A stretch of 64,000 bases of DNA, taken from Cenarchaeum sp. (GTDB taxonomy: Archaea; Thermoproteota; Nitrososphaeria; Nitrososphaerales; Nitrosopumilaceae). A program made the position numbers and the translations under genes. The DNA lies in contig CBDESU010000001.1 in the NCBI GenBank assembly GCA_965242695.1, forward strand, positions 1,152,001-1,216,000, given 5' to 3'. The notes beneath the pieces were generated by a model. The model made no database searches and was not told where the DNA came from. It saw nothing but the letters and a program-made list of their open reading frames with translations. Positions 13,701 to 20,263 of this stretch are shown one piece after another (the first letter of the stretch is position 1; each line of letters starts with the position of its first letter).

Positions 13701-16700
13701 GTTGAGCGCGATCGGTATGATCGCGTTCGCGTCGGTGATCGTATGCGGGCCGTACAGGTCGTCGTACGGGGACGAGACGGACAGCAGCTCGGGCGGCATC
13801 GTGTCGATTATGATGCTCTTTCGCTCGCCGAGCGTGTTGCCCGACCCGTCCGCCTGCAGCGCGCGCAGGGCCGGCGTCCCGAGGTAGTTTTTGATCGCGC
13901 CGTCAAGCGAGTTCGGGCCGACGCCGTGGCTGAGCACGCCGTTCGTGTCCATCTCCTCAACCACATATCTGAACGTGAGCGCCGTCGTGCCGTTGCCGTA
14001 CGCGTACGCCGCATCGCGGCCCGTGCTCATGTTGAGCGTCGGCGGGCTGTCGGCATCGACGTACACCCTTGCGCTGAACACGACCGTGACGTTGATTGTG
14101 GTGCCGTTCGGGTACGAACCGTCGGCGTCGGGGGACGTGACGTACCGCACGGACGGCGGCGGCGGAGGCATCGAGATCAGGTGCATCGCGCTGAACTGGG
14201 ACCCTGCCGCGACCGCGTACGTACGGCCGTCGCGCAGGACAAAGGACTCTACGCCCCTGGTGGCGTCGAGGTACTGGGTGCGGTTCGAGCCGAGCCCCTC
14301 GAGGGTGCCGTCCTCGTGCACGCGGATCAGCTGCACTGCACCCGTCCCCTCCCCCGAGCTCACCAGCGCGTACGTGTCGCCGTCTATGGCAAAGGCCTCG
14401 ACGTCGTAGGGGCCCTGAAGGCTCGGGAATCCGTCGTCGCCGTCGTCCGCCGAGTCCGTCCCCGCGAGGGTGCCGTCCTCGTGCACGCGGATCAGCTGGA
14501 CTGCGTCGCCCTCCGAGGCGGCCAGCGCGTACGTGTCGCCGTTGCGGAGGGTGAACGAGTCCAGGGCCACGATGCTGTGCAGCCTGTCGAACCCCAATGT
14601 GCCGTTTAGCGCCGAGCCCCGGGACGCCAGGGTGCCGTCCCCGCGCACCTCGAGGAGCTGCACGACGCTGGAGCCGCCCCCGCCGACGAGCGCGTACGTG
14701 CTGCCGTCGCGCAGGCCGAACGCGGTCACGGCCCGGCTGCTGGCAAGTCCCGAATAGCCGCTGTCTAATCTGTCCTTCGAGTCCGCCGCCGCCAAGGTGC
14801 CGCCCTCGTGCACGCGGATCAGCTGGACGCCGTTCTCGGTCTGTGACGTCACAAGTGCGTACGTGTCGCCGTTGCGGAGGGCAAACACCTCTACCCTTAG
14901 TGGATCCATGAGCGCATCGTAACGGGCGCCGCCAGCGCCAGGCATCCCGTCGCGCGCCTCGCCCGCCACCTCGAGGGTGGCGTTCTCGTGCACGCGGAAC
15001 AGATAGACACCGTCGGCGCCGTCCGAGGCCGCCATGGCGTACGCGTCGCCGTTGCGGAGGGTGAATGCCTCGACGTCGACGGGGACTTGGATTGCCGGAA
15101 AGTCCTGATGATCCCGTGATTTCCAGGCCTCCTTGAGCATGGGCCCAGGGTCGGCGTCTTCGTCCACGAGTGCCAGATAGAAGCCGTTGCCGGTGCGCCC
15201 AGCCCCGATGACGTACGTGTCGCCGTTGCGCAGGGCAAGGGAGTCGATGCCGTGGACACGCTGCATAGACGCGCTGTCGAAAACAAACCCAAGGAATTCC
15301 ACGGGCGGCCGCAGCACGGACGGCGGCGGCGAGGCGTGCGTGTCGATTACTATATCCTCGGATGCGGAAAGCGAGCCGGGCGAGCCGGGGGCCGGCAGGA
15401 CCAGTGCGGTCACGTAGCCGGCGATCGCGCCGCCGTTGGGCGAGAGCGCATCCGCGCCGGTGTAGTTCAGGTCGGCCGTGCGGTCGCCCTGCCGGACCGT
15501 ATACTCGAAGACGAGCGTGGAGGTGCCGTTGCCCGAGGCATAGTACGCGCTGCCGGGCGCCGCGCCGCCCGCGTTCAGCCTGAGCGCCGGGCGGCGGCCG
15601 CCATCCTCGCGGATATCGACGGGCCTGTCGAAGTTGACCGCGATCGGCACGATCGCGCCCGGGTCGGTGATCGTATGCGGGCCGTACAGGTCGTCGTACG
15701 GGGACGTGACGGACTCTACGCGGGGCGGCATCCCGCTGACCGTGATGCGCTTCCGCTCGCCGAGCGTGTCGCCGGTCCCCTTTTCCGGCAGCGTGCGGTT
15801 GGCCCGTTCGCCGAGGTAGTTTGCGATCGCGCCGCCCTCGAGCGCATCCGTGCCGTTCTGGTCTAGGGAGGTCGTCGGATCGCCGTCCAGTATGTCGTAC
15901 CTGAACGCGAGCGCAGTCGTGCCGCTGCCGGACACGAACTCGGCGGTGCGGTTCGTGTTCAGGCGGAGCTCGGGAGGGTCGTCGGCATCGACGTACACCC
16001 GGGCGTTGAACACGACCGCAACGTCGATCGAGGTGCCGTTCGGGTGGTATCCGTTGTCGTTGGGGGACGTGACGTACCGCACGGACGGCGTGGGCATGTC
16101 GATCCTGAACAGGTTCATCGCGTCTACGTTGCCAGAGGCCGTGGCGGCCACGTACGTGCGGTTGTCGGGCAGGGTAAAGGCGGCCACATCCCTGTATACA
16201 AACGTACCTCCAGATATCTCGTAGCCCCTAGCAGGATCGCCCGCCTGGAGCGTGTCGTTCTCGTGCACGCGGATCAGTTGGACGCCCGACTCGAGGTGAT
16301 AGTCGGGAGACGACGGGGTAGGGGACGACGGGCCGGAGGACACCATGGCGTAGGTGTCGCCGTCTAGGACGAAGGTGTCGACGCCGCTGGCTCTTCGAAG
16401 CTTCAGGGCGCTGTTGTCTGCAATCGAGTCCGCCCCTGACAGGGCGCCGTTCTCGTGCACGCGGATGAGCTGGACGGCGTGGCGGTCGTGCGAGGTGGCC
16501 AGAGCATAGGTGTCGCCGTTGCGGAGGGTAAAGGGATCCAGGTCGTAGATGTCTTCCAGGTAACTGAACCCGCCGGCGCCGTTCAGTGCATCCGTTTCGC
16601 GGGCCATGGAGCCGTTGCCGTGCACACCGAGCAGTTGCACGCGCTTCGAGTTGTCCCCGCCGACGAGGGCGTGCGTGTCGCCGTCGCGTAGGCTGAACGC

Positions 16701-19493
16701 GGCCACGGCGCGGCTCAGGTGCAGGGGATCGTGCGGGTCGCGTAAGGTAGGCTGCGGATCCGAGAGCTTCGAGTCCGCCGCGGCCATTGTGCCGTTCTCG
16801 TGCACGCGGATGAGCTGGACGCCGCCGTATTCATCGTCAGAGCCCGCCACCCCATCCGAGGTCACCATGGCGTACGTGTCGCCGTTGCGGAGGGCGAACA
16901 CTTCGAGGTCGCGCGGCTTGGCGAGCGCGTCGTAGGCGCGGCCGCTGCCGCCGGCGCTCAGGCTGCCGTTGCGCGCCTCGCCGGCCGCCTCGAGGGTCGC
17001 ATCCTCGTGCACGCGGATGAGCTGAACGGCGCCGTCTGCGCCGTCGCGATTCCCCGAGGACACCATGGCGTACGTGTCGCCGTTGCGGAGGGTGAACGCC
17101 TTTACGTGTAGGGGGTTTGTGAGCGCCGCAAATTCGGCTCCGCTCACCGCCTTCTGGCCGGCACCGGTCAGAAGGGTGAGCTCGCCGTCGCCCGCCACGT
17201 GGAACAGCCAGACGGCGGGGTCGTGTACGTTGTAGTCGCCGCCGCCGCCGATCGCGGCCGCGATGAGGTACGTCTCGCCGTTGCGCAGGGTGAACGCGTC
17301 GACGCCGCGGATGCCTTCGAAGTTGTTGTTGCTGGGGCGGCGGGGGAGTTCGGGGTTGTAGTCGGGGCCGTAGACGTGTCCATCCAAGCGGATATTCGGC
17401 AGCAGCGTCGACGGCGGCGGCGAGAGGGACGTGTCGATTACGATATCCTCCGTTGCGCCGAGCGAGTCCGGGCCGCCGGGGTCCGGCAGGGGCTGATCAA
17501 GCGCGTGTCCGAGAAGGTCTGTAATGGCCCCGCCGTTGAGCGAGAGCGCGCCCGTGCCGGTATAGTTCAGGCCGCCCGTGCGGTCGCCCTGCCGGACCGT
17601 GTACTTGAAGACGAGCGCAGAGGTGCCGTTGCCCGAGGCATACTCTGCGATGCCGGGCGTTGCGCCGCCCGCATCCACCTCGAGCGTTGGCGTCCTGCCG
17701 CCGGCCCCCTCGTAGATTACGACGGGCTCGTCAAAGTTGACCGCGATCGGTATGATCGCGTTCGCGTCGGTGATCGTATGCGGGCCGTACAGGTCGTCGT
17801 ACGGGGACGTGACGGACCCTGGGACGGGGCCGGATTTGTCGATGGCGAGCTTCTTGAGGTGCCCGAGCGTCTTTCCCGACGCCGCATCCGGAAGCATGCG
17901 GTCGGCCGTCTCGTTGAGGTAGTTGAGGATCGTGCCGCCCGCCAGCGCATCCGTGCCGTCGTAGTCGAGGACGATCTCCCGATCCATCTCGCCCACGGTG
18001 TACGCGAACGTCAGCGCCGTCGTGCCGCTGCCCGTCAGGTACGTCGCGTTGCGCTCCGTGTTCATGAGGAGCGCGGGCGGGTTGTCCTCGTCGATGTAGA
18101 CCCTGCCGCTGAACACGACCGATATTCCGACGGTGGCGTTGAGGGGGTACCCGCCGTCGGCGTCGGCCGACGTGACGTGCCGCACGGACGGAACGGGCAG
18201 GGACAGCTCGAGCAGCCACATTGCGTTGGCGGCGTACGAGGCAGCCGCCGCGTACGTGCGGCCGTTGGGCAGGTCAAACGCATCCACGCCCGTGGGGGAG
18301 TTGAGATGGGTATCGCTGCGCGAGATGTAGCCGGCCGCCTCGAGGGTCGCATTCTCGTGCACGCGGATCAGCTGTATGGCGTGCTCCGCCCACGAGCTTA
18401 CCATCGCGTACGTGTCGCCGTCCATGGCGAATGCCCTGACGTCGAAGGGCTCTCTGAGCCTTTCGAACCCGCGCTCGCCGTCGCGCACAAAGTCGGCCCC
18501 CGTAAGGTCGCCGTCCTCGTGCACGCGGATCAGCTGCACGCCGTGCCCGTTCCACGCGGCGGCCAGCGCGTACGTGTCGCCGCTGCGGAGGGTAAACGAG
18601 TCCAGGGCCGTGGTGCCGTCGAGCATCCCGAATGTCGAGTCGCCGTTTTCCGCATGCCCCTCGTTCGTCATGGCGCCGCCTTCGTGCACCCCGATCAGCT
18701 GTATGCGCGTGGAGTCGCGGCCGCCGACCAGGGCGTACGTGTTGCCGTCGCGCAGGTCGAACGTTGTGATGGCGCGGCTGTTTAGCAGGCCTGAAAAGTC
18801 CCGAAGTACCGCGCTGTGACCGGCCGACATCGTCGCGTTTTCGTGCACGCGTATCGTCTGCACGCCGTCGTCGTCCTCCGAGGCCACCATGGCGTACGTG
18901 TCGCCGCTGCGCAGCGTGAACACGTCGACCGCGTAGGGGCCCCCCAGCGCTCCGTAGGCGCGGCCGCGGGAGTCGGACTCGCCGTCGCTCACGCTGTCCA
19001 GCACCGACAGGGAGTTGCCGCGTATGCGGACAAGGCTAACGGTGCTGGTGTCGTGCGAGACCACCATGGCGTACGTGTTGTTGTTGCGCAGCGCGAACGC
19101 CTCGACGTCGACGGGGGTGACGATGTCCCCAAAGCCACTGTGTGCGCGAAGTCTCGATGCCCCAAGTTCCAGGGAGGCCGTCTGGCCGCCCTGCGGCTCG
19201 ACCACGCGGGCCAGGTGAATGCCGCCGTGGGTAGACCCCACGCCCACGACGTACGTGCCGCCGTTGTGCAGGGCGAAGGCGTCGATGCTGTCTGCATCCT
19301 GAATAGAGGAGCCTGCCTCATTGTCGCGGAACACTGCGGTCGGATGCGCCGAGGCCGGCGGCGGCGCAAAGGGGGCCTGGGCGTGCGCCTCGCCCGGGGC
19401 CGTCGCAAGCGCAAGCGCCGATGCCGCCGCAAGCAGCGCCAGCACGGCCGCGGCGCGCGGCGCCCCCGCGCGGGCGCCGCCGCCCCTATCCAC
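1..19493 (-). CDS. Giant modular secreted/surface protein (>6,400 aa, 3' end outside window): ~2-kb modules of propeller-like blades plus Ig-like domains, then 20-aa Ser/Thr/Asp repeats
   Basis: The minus frame reads GTG 19493 MDRGGGARAGAPRAAAVLALLAAASALALATAPGEAHAQ (signal-peptide-like, AHA|Q). The same frame reads ...MFGASPTDTPAVSDSVV at the left edge. Its absence from the ORF track is consistent with no stop before the edge. Recurrent motifs: TYAMVSS..GVQLIRVHEDG, SPDANGTY, YASGNGTTALxFEY. The true start may be TTG 19563 (see findings). Confidence 0.88.
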   Translation of the reverse strand, partial: MDRGGGARAGAPRAAAVLALLAAASALALATAPGEAHAQAPFAPPPASAHPTAVFRDNEAGSSIQDADSIDAFALHNGGTYVVGVGSTHGGIHLARVVEPQGGQTASLELGASRLRAHSGFGDIVTPVDVEAFALRNNNTYAMVVSHDTSTVSLVRIRGNSLSVLDSVSDGESDSRGRAYGALGGPYAVDVFTLRSGDTYAMVASEDDDGVQTIRVHENATMSAGHSAVLRDFSGLLNSRAITTFDLRDGNTYALVGGRDSTRIQLIGVHEGGAMTNEGHAENGDSTFGMLDGTTALDSFTLRSGDTYALAAAWNGHGVQLIRVHEDGDLTGADFVRDGERGFERLREPFDVRAFAMDGDTYAMVSSWAEHAIQLIRVHENATLEAAGYISRSDTHLNSPTGVDAFDLPNGRTYAAAASYAANAMWLLELSLPVPSVRHVTSADADGGYPLNATVGISVVFSGRVYIDEDNPPALLMNTERNATYLTGSGTTALTFAYTVGEMDREIVLDYDGTDALAGGTILNYLNETADRMLPDAASGKTLGHLKKLAIDKSGPVPGSVTSPYDDLYGPHTITDANAIIPIAVNFDEPVVIYEGAGGRTPTLEVDAGGATPGIAEYASGNGTSALVFKYTVRQGDRTGGLNYTGTGALSLNGGAITDLLGHALDQPLPDPGGPDSLGATEDIVIDTSLSPPPSTLLPNIRLDGHVYGPDYNPELPRRPSNNNFEGIRGVDAFTLRNGETYLIAAAIGGGGDYNVHDPAVWLFHVAGDGELTLLTGAGQKAVSGAEFAALTNPLHVKAFTLRNGDTYAMVSSGNRDGADGAVQLIRVHEDATLEAAGEARNGSLSAGGSGRAYDALAKPRDLEVFALRNGDTYAMVTSDGVAGSDDEYGGVQLIRVHENGTMAAADSKLSDPQPTLRDPHDPLHLSRAVAAFSLRDGDTHALVGGDNSKRVQLLGVHGNGSMARETDALNGAGGFSYLEDIYDLDPFTLRNGDTYALATSHDRHAVQLIRVHENGALSGADSIADNSALKLRRASGVDTFVLDGDTYAMVSSGPSSPTPSSPDYHLESGVQLIRVHENDTLQAGDPARGYEISGGTFVYRDVAAFTLPDNRTYVAATASGNVDAMNLFRIDMPTPSVRYVTSPNDNGYHPNGTSIDVAVVFNARVYVDADDPPELRLNTNRTAEFVSGSGTTALAFRYDILDGDPTTSLDQNGTDALEGGAIANYLGERANRTLPEKGTGDTLGERKRITVSGMPPRVESVTSPYDDLYGPHTITDPGAIVPIAVNFDRPVDIREDGGRRPALRLNAGGAAPGSAYYASGNGTSTLVFEYTVRQGDRTADLNYTGADALSPNGGAIAGYVTALVLPAPGSPGSLSASEDIVIDTHASPPPSVLRPPVEFLGFVFDSASMQRVHGIDSLALRNGDTYVIGAGRTGNGFYLALVDEDADPGPMLKEAWKSRDHQDFPAIQVPVDVEAFTLRNGDAYAMAASDGADGVYLFRVHENATLEVAGEARDGMPGAGGARYDALMDPLRVEVFALRNGDTYALVTSQTENGVQLIRVHEGGTLAAADSKDRLDSGYSGLASSRAVTAFGLRDGSTYALVGGGGSSVVQLLEVRGDGTLASRGSALNGTLGFDRLHSIVALDSFTLRNGDTYALAASEGDAVQLIRVHEDGTLAGTDSADDGDDGFPSLQGPYDVEAFAIDGDTYALVSSGEGTGAVQLIRVHEDGTLEGLGSNRTQYLDATRGVESFVLRDGRTYAVAAGSQFSAMHLISMPPPPPSVRYVTSPDADGSYPNGTTINVTVVFSARVYVDADSPPTLNMSTGRDAAYAYGNGTTALTFRYVVEEMDTNGVLSHGVGPNSLDGAIKNYLGTPALRALQADGSGNTLGERKSIIIDTMPPELLSVSSPYDDLYGPHTITDANAIIPIALNFDEPVIIYESVGVPTLEVDAGGATHGNATYASGNGTSTLVFEYTVRQGDRTADLNYTGTDAFSLNGAAIADYAGHAFEQGLVLPAPGHPDSLSGSESIMIDTSLSPPPSTILPAIDYSKRKNVQSTTIFRSPIGIDAFTLRNGETYVIVALNDLHTVELLHVNRGGGISSVSDRVAFATALQNPFDVEAFTLRNGDTYALVSSNGLTSGRGLEYGGVELIRVHEDATMEAAGVALHNARDAGGRAYDALARPRDLEVFTLRNGDTYAMVASKPSDGVQLIRMHEDGTMAAADSESHADRNDYRGLEKSISVAAFGLRDGGTYAVASGDATRHLQLLGVREDGTLALEGLATNGERNLAHLHDIRAMAPFTLRNGDTYVLSASDSENAVQLIRVHEAGSISGPDSIAYSENDDVGLNLRDLRGVDTFVMDGDTYAVASSYNIEDDSVQLIRVHENGTLEASNSATGLTLNGRARYDDVAAFTLPGGSIHVAAAANTAFGVALFDISLPPPSVRYVTSPNADGSYPAGATVYATVVFNARVYVDADNPPTLNMSTDRDATYAYGNGTTALTFRYVVEEMDTNGVLSHGVGPNSLDGAIKNYLGTPALRALPAAGSGNTLGERKSIIIDTMPPALLSVSSPYDDLYGPHTITDPGAVVPIALNFDEPAVIDERHGRPVLKIDAGGATHGNATYASGNGTSALVFEYTVRQGDRTADLNYTGTDAFSLNGAAIADYAGHAFEQGLVLPAPGHPDSLSGSESIMIDTSLSPPPSTIKPALIAPGSGDTDRYVFDQTGLDAVQGIDSFTLRDGETYVIAAANDAESVWLIQVREGGVLDVRHRVRGGSDFAALGGSVHVEAFALRNGDTYAMVASNDDDAVQLIRVHEDATLEAAGTHGVLEEPLEVDVFALRNGDTYAMVTSETEDGVQLIRVRENGAMSAGDSKSVSIPGYGGLANSRAVAAFGLRDGGTYALVGGRNSPETQLLGVRGDGTLDQIGVADHGTSGLDRLRDTFALASFALRNGSTYALAASFERHTVQLVRVHEDGSLTGADSERDGQRGFDLLREASDVDTIVMDGDTYAVVSSEDDRGIQLIRVHENATLEAAGSADTNGILNTPSQPRGVTAFTLGDGGAYAAVAAANIDAVVLFEISLPPPSVRYVTSPDADGYYTAGDKINVTVVFDARVYLAGGPPALRLNTGHDATYVSGNGTTALAFEYVVRADDGPIALDHDGRTALAGATITNYLNETADRLLPADRSGSTLGELKAIWIDMTDPELLSVSSPYDDLYGPHTITDPGAVVPIALNFDEAVAIYESEGMPTIELDTGGATHGNATYASGNGSTTLVFEYTVRQGDRTGDLNYTGRNALSLNGGSIAEPSGRVPDLQLPAPGRPNSLSASESIAIDTSLSPPPSTLMPDIELHGYVYGPRQGNNDFDAISGVDAFTLRNGETYLIATTGYDNRGATNSVRLFHVSGSGTITLLTGAGQKAEVGAEFAALTNPYHVKAFTLRNGDTYAVVSSHVLGPGGDRDGAVQLIRVHENATLVAAGEARNGSLGAGGGAYDALARPSGLDVFALSNGDTYAVVASNGLDTRGSSEYGGVQLIRVHEDGTMAAADSELSDPPAGSVIRDPLHLSRAAAAFSLRDGGMRALVGGDNSPRVQLLGVHGNGSMAREMDAVNGAGGFSNLYDIFDLEAFTLRNGDTYALATSFDNHAVQLIRVHEAGALSGADSIADNSALKLRRASGVDTFVLDGDTYAMVSSGPSSPVPSSPDYHLESGVQLIRVHENGTLQAGDPDRGHEESGGRFAYRDVAAFTLPDNRTYVAATASGNVDAMNLFWIDMPAPSVQYVTSPDANGTYFSGETVRVSVVFNARVYVDADSPPTLNMSTGRDATYVAGNGTTALEFKYTIERPDANALDHGVGPNALDGSIKNYLNAAANRTLPAAGSGNTLGERKSIVIDTMPPALLSVSSPYDDLYGPHTITDANAIIPIEIAFSEAVVIGERDGRPVLELDTGGATYGNATYASGNGSSTLVFEYTVRQGDRTGGLNYTGRDALSLNGGTITDPLGYAAVLRLPAPGDPNSLGGSESIAIDTHLSPPPSTLMPVINRTSYVYDGSSTYIDGIGSVDAFTLRDGETYLAAAVYSASGVDGNAVQLFHVARDGGLARLAGPGQRLNATEFPAMPNPLHVEAFALRSGDTYAMVSSMESTRTSGDGAVQLFRIHENATLEAAGVARNGSMGADGNAYDALARPRDLAVFALRNGDTYAMVSSTGDASTSTDYGGVQLIRVHEDGTMSAAGSELSNIPYPGPYDSLYLSRAVAAFELRNGSTHALVGGDDSPRVQLLGVHADGSMSREGHAARGAPGLDYLYDVFDIAPFTLRNGDTYALATSHEEHAVQMIRVHENGSLSGSGHIHDGDRYDLKLRHARGVDTFVLDGDTYAMVSSADRSVQEQGVQLIRVHEDGTLGAEAAARGHEVNNGWFAYEDVAAFTLPDDRTYVAASASGNVDAMNLFRIDLPAPSVQYVTSPDAAGSYPAGTPINVTVAFDGRVYVSGGPPELRMNTGNAAKYLAGNGTTALLFEYRINATDPQVALDHNNTRALEGGAITNYLGEAANRTLPAGGSGGTLGERKRIVPDTMPPALLSVTSPYDDLYGPHTITDPGAIVPIALRFDEPVVIRESGGRPLLWLNTGGATHGNATYASGNGSSTLVFEYTVRQGDRTGGLNYTGTDALSLDGGTIADYAGHAPELGPALPVPGHPDSLSGSESIMIDTFLSPPPSTLMPDIELHGYVYGPDEGPPNRPIDNDFDAISGVDAFTLRNGETYLIATTGYDNRGATNSVRLFHVSGSGTITLLTGAGQKAEVGAEFAALTNPYHVKAFTLRNGDTYAMVSSHVLGPGGDRYGAVQLIRVHENATLVAAGEARNGSLGAGGGAYDALARPSGLDVFALSNGDTYALVASNGLDTDGSSEYGGVQLIRVHEDGTMAAADSELSAQVDPLYRSRAAAAFSLRDGGMRALVGGDNSPRVQLLGVHGNGSMAREMDAVNGAGGFSNLYDIFDLEAFTLRNGDTYALATSFDNHAVQLIRVHEAGALSGADSIADNSALKLRRASGVDTFVLDGDTYAMVSSGPSSNVRSSPDYHLESGVQLIRVHENGTLQAGDPARGHEVSGGRFGYRDVAAFTLPDNRTYVAATASGNVDAMNLFRIDMPAPSVQYVTSPDANGTYFSGETVRVSVVFNARVYVDVGDPPALRMSTDRDARYVSGSGTTALAFEYEVQHGEPRMALDHHRDRGTALGGGPITNYLNAGAGRDLPAAGSGSTLGELKDITVDGIRRPVTTVSSPYDDMYGPHTITDPGAIVPIAVDFGRPVSIYEGAGGRTPTLELSTGGATAGTAAYASGNGTTALVFEYVVRQGDRTDDLDYAGTGALKLNGGAIRDANGRNVVSGLPRHGDDGSLAATEDIVIDTSLSPPPSTMRPVLSSLRSFFAACESVATLNGAYGLDAITLPNGDTYVIAAARGSHAVQMLLVNERGDLECGDFARDDSVSSGSDFDTLSHAQFVDVFRLRNGSAYAMVSSHGDNGVQLIRVHDDGSLQAAGSLRKDQDSSLALTGAHRVHVFSLRSGDTYAMVASPAENAVQLIRVHEDATMSNAGSIGPGPPYAHLGDSRAATTLVLPGGGTYALAGGRSSGGVDMFRVGDGGATAYQRSASDDAGFQELDGADGLVSFALRNGSKHVLAASYADSGAQLIRVHDDGTLSGPDSVGHGDSGYSALELANGADALVLDGDTYVLVASYADGKQAHFGPGGGAQLIRVHEDGTLEGIDAATRLVFRFPLFQLGANTDVVAFTLPNGRAYAAVASSGQDTVELLGISPRSPSALRVTSHDANGTYYTGTTVNVTVVFEGRVYVDADNPPVLAMSTGGSAAYASGNGTTALTFGYAVKLGDSGILDHNGTNALAGGPITNYLNDTYAHSLPAAGSAQALGVLKSILVDGLPAMTAQVHGDAPSVSDSATQTRMFAATPADAPSVSDSATASAMFGVTAADTPSVSDSATQTSMFAATPSDTPSVSDSATATAMFGIAPRDTPSVSDSATASAMFGVTAGDTPSVLDSATATAMFGIAPRDAPSVSDSATASAMFGVTAADTPAVSDSSTQTSMFAATPSDTPSVSDSAAATAMFGIAPRDAPSVSDSATASAMFGVTAADTPAVSDSSTQTSMFAATPSDTPSVSDSSTQTSMFAATPSDTPSVSDSAATTGMFNTMASDDPSISDSATASGMFGIMPRDTPAISDSATATAMFGIMASDAPTVSDMANLSGTYGASVGDAPAVSDMATQLGTFAIVPADAPTVSDSATTSGMFGITPSDTPSVSDSATATAMFNASASDAPAVSDMANLSGTYGASVGDAPAVSDMATQLGTFAIVPADAPTVSDSATTSGMFGITPSDTPSVSDSATATAMFGIMPSDTPSVSDSATTSGMFGIMPTDAPAVSDSAAAVGTFNATATDTPSVSDSATTSGMFGIMQTDTPTVSDSAAAVGTFNATATDTPTVSDMGTLSGMFGASPTDTPAVSDSVV
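3661..17805. repeat. Near-invariant 35-nt motif GTGATCGTATGCGGGCCGTACAGGTCGTCGTACGG, one per ~2-kb module (8 copies)
   Basis: Copies start at 3661 (one mismatch), 5740, 7768, 9832, 11755, 13735, 15667 and 17770. Encodes PYDDLYGPHTIT on the minus strand. Confidence 0.92.
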
Positions 19494-19586
19494 CTCCCCC
19501 CCCCCCAGCCGGGATGCGCGGGCGGCGCGCTGGTGCGATCGGGCGGCGCGCCTCCAATGCCAACGCCGCGGCACGGGCGCTAGCCG

Positions 19587-19594
19587 ATTATAAA
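19587..19594 (-). promoter_or_regulatory. TATA box of the giant surface gene
   Basis: TTTATAAT on the minus strand in a very GC-rich context, 31 nt before TTG 19563. Confidence 0.7.
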
Positions 19595-20263
19595 TTTGCA
19601 TTCACATGGGGGCCGCGGACCTCTTTTTTTGCGGCAGTTGCGGGGCAGGCGGGCAGGGCCGCAGGGTGCGCCGCATGGCCGGGCGCACGGCGGGCGGCCT
19701 TGGCGTCGGAACGGCAGGCGCGGCGCGCGGCCCGCCGCGCGCGCCCGTCCGGCCCTAGAGCCGGGGCGGCGGCGCGCGATGCAGCCCGCAGCGCGGCGGC
19801 GATCGGCGGATCCGCCGCGCGCGCCCCCCTGCATCCGCCGCCCCGGATCGCCTAGGCGGCGGCGCGGACGCGGCAGCCGCGGCCGGCCCCGCCCGCCGCC
19901 TCGGAAATTCGCCCGTACGCCGCCCCGGCGGGGCGAGCCAGAGGCGGACGCGGCCGCAGCCCGCAGGCGGATGCGGCGCGCCGCGGGGGCATGCCGGCGA
20001 GGGCCACCGTGCGCGCCCCGGATCTGGCCGCAGTGCGCCCCGCGCGGCGCGCCGTGCCCTCCCTGTTCCGGACCGCTGCAGAGAAGGGTCGCATCCCAAG
20101 GTCCGGCAGGGGCCCGCCCCGCCGGCAGCCCGCCCAAGCGACGGCGCTGCGCCCTGCCGCCCGCATCCCCCCTCCGTCCCGCCCCCGGCGGCGCGCGCGT
20201 CCCGGCAGCGCTGGAATTCGTGATCGGCATGCCTTTAATACGGAGGCCCTAGTCCGCCCCCCG

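Noticed and set aside
28-19583. Many long plus-strand ORFs (e.g. 28..1023, 5037..7688, 8553..10262)
   Set aside because: Antisense shadows of the GC-rich giant minus-strand gene, with implausible composition and no promoters.
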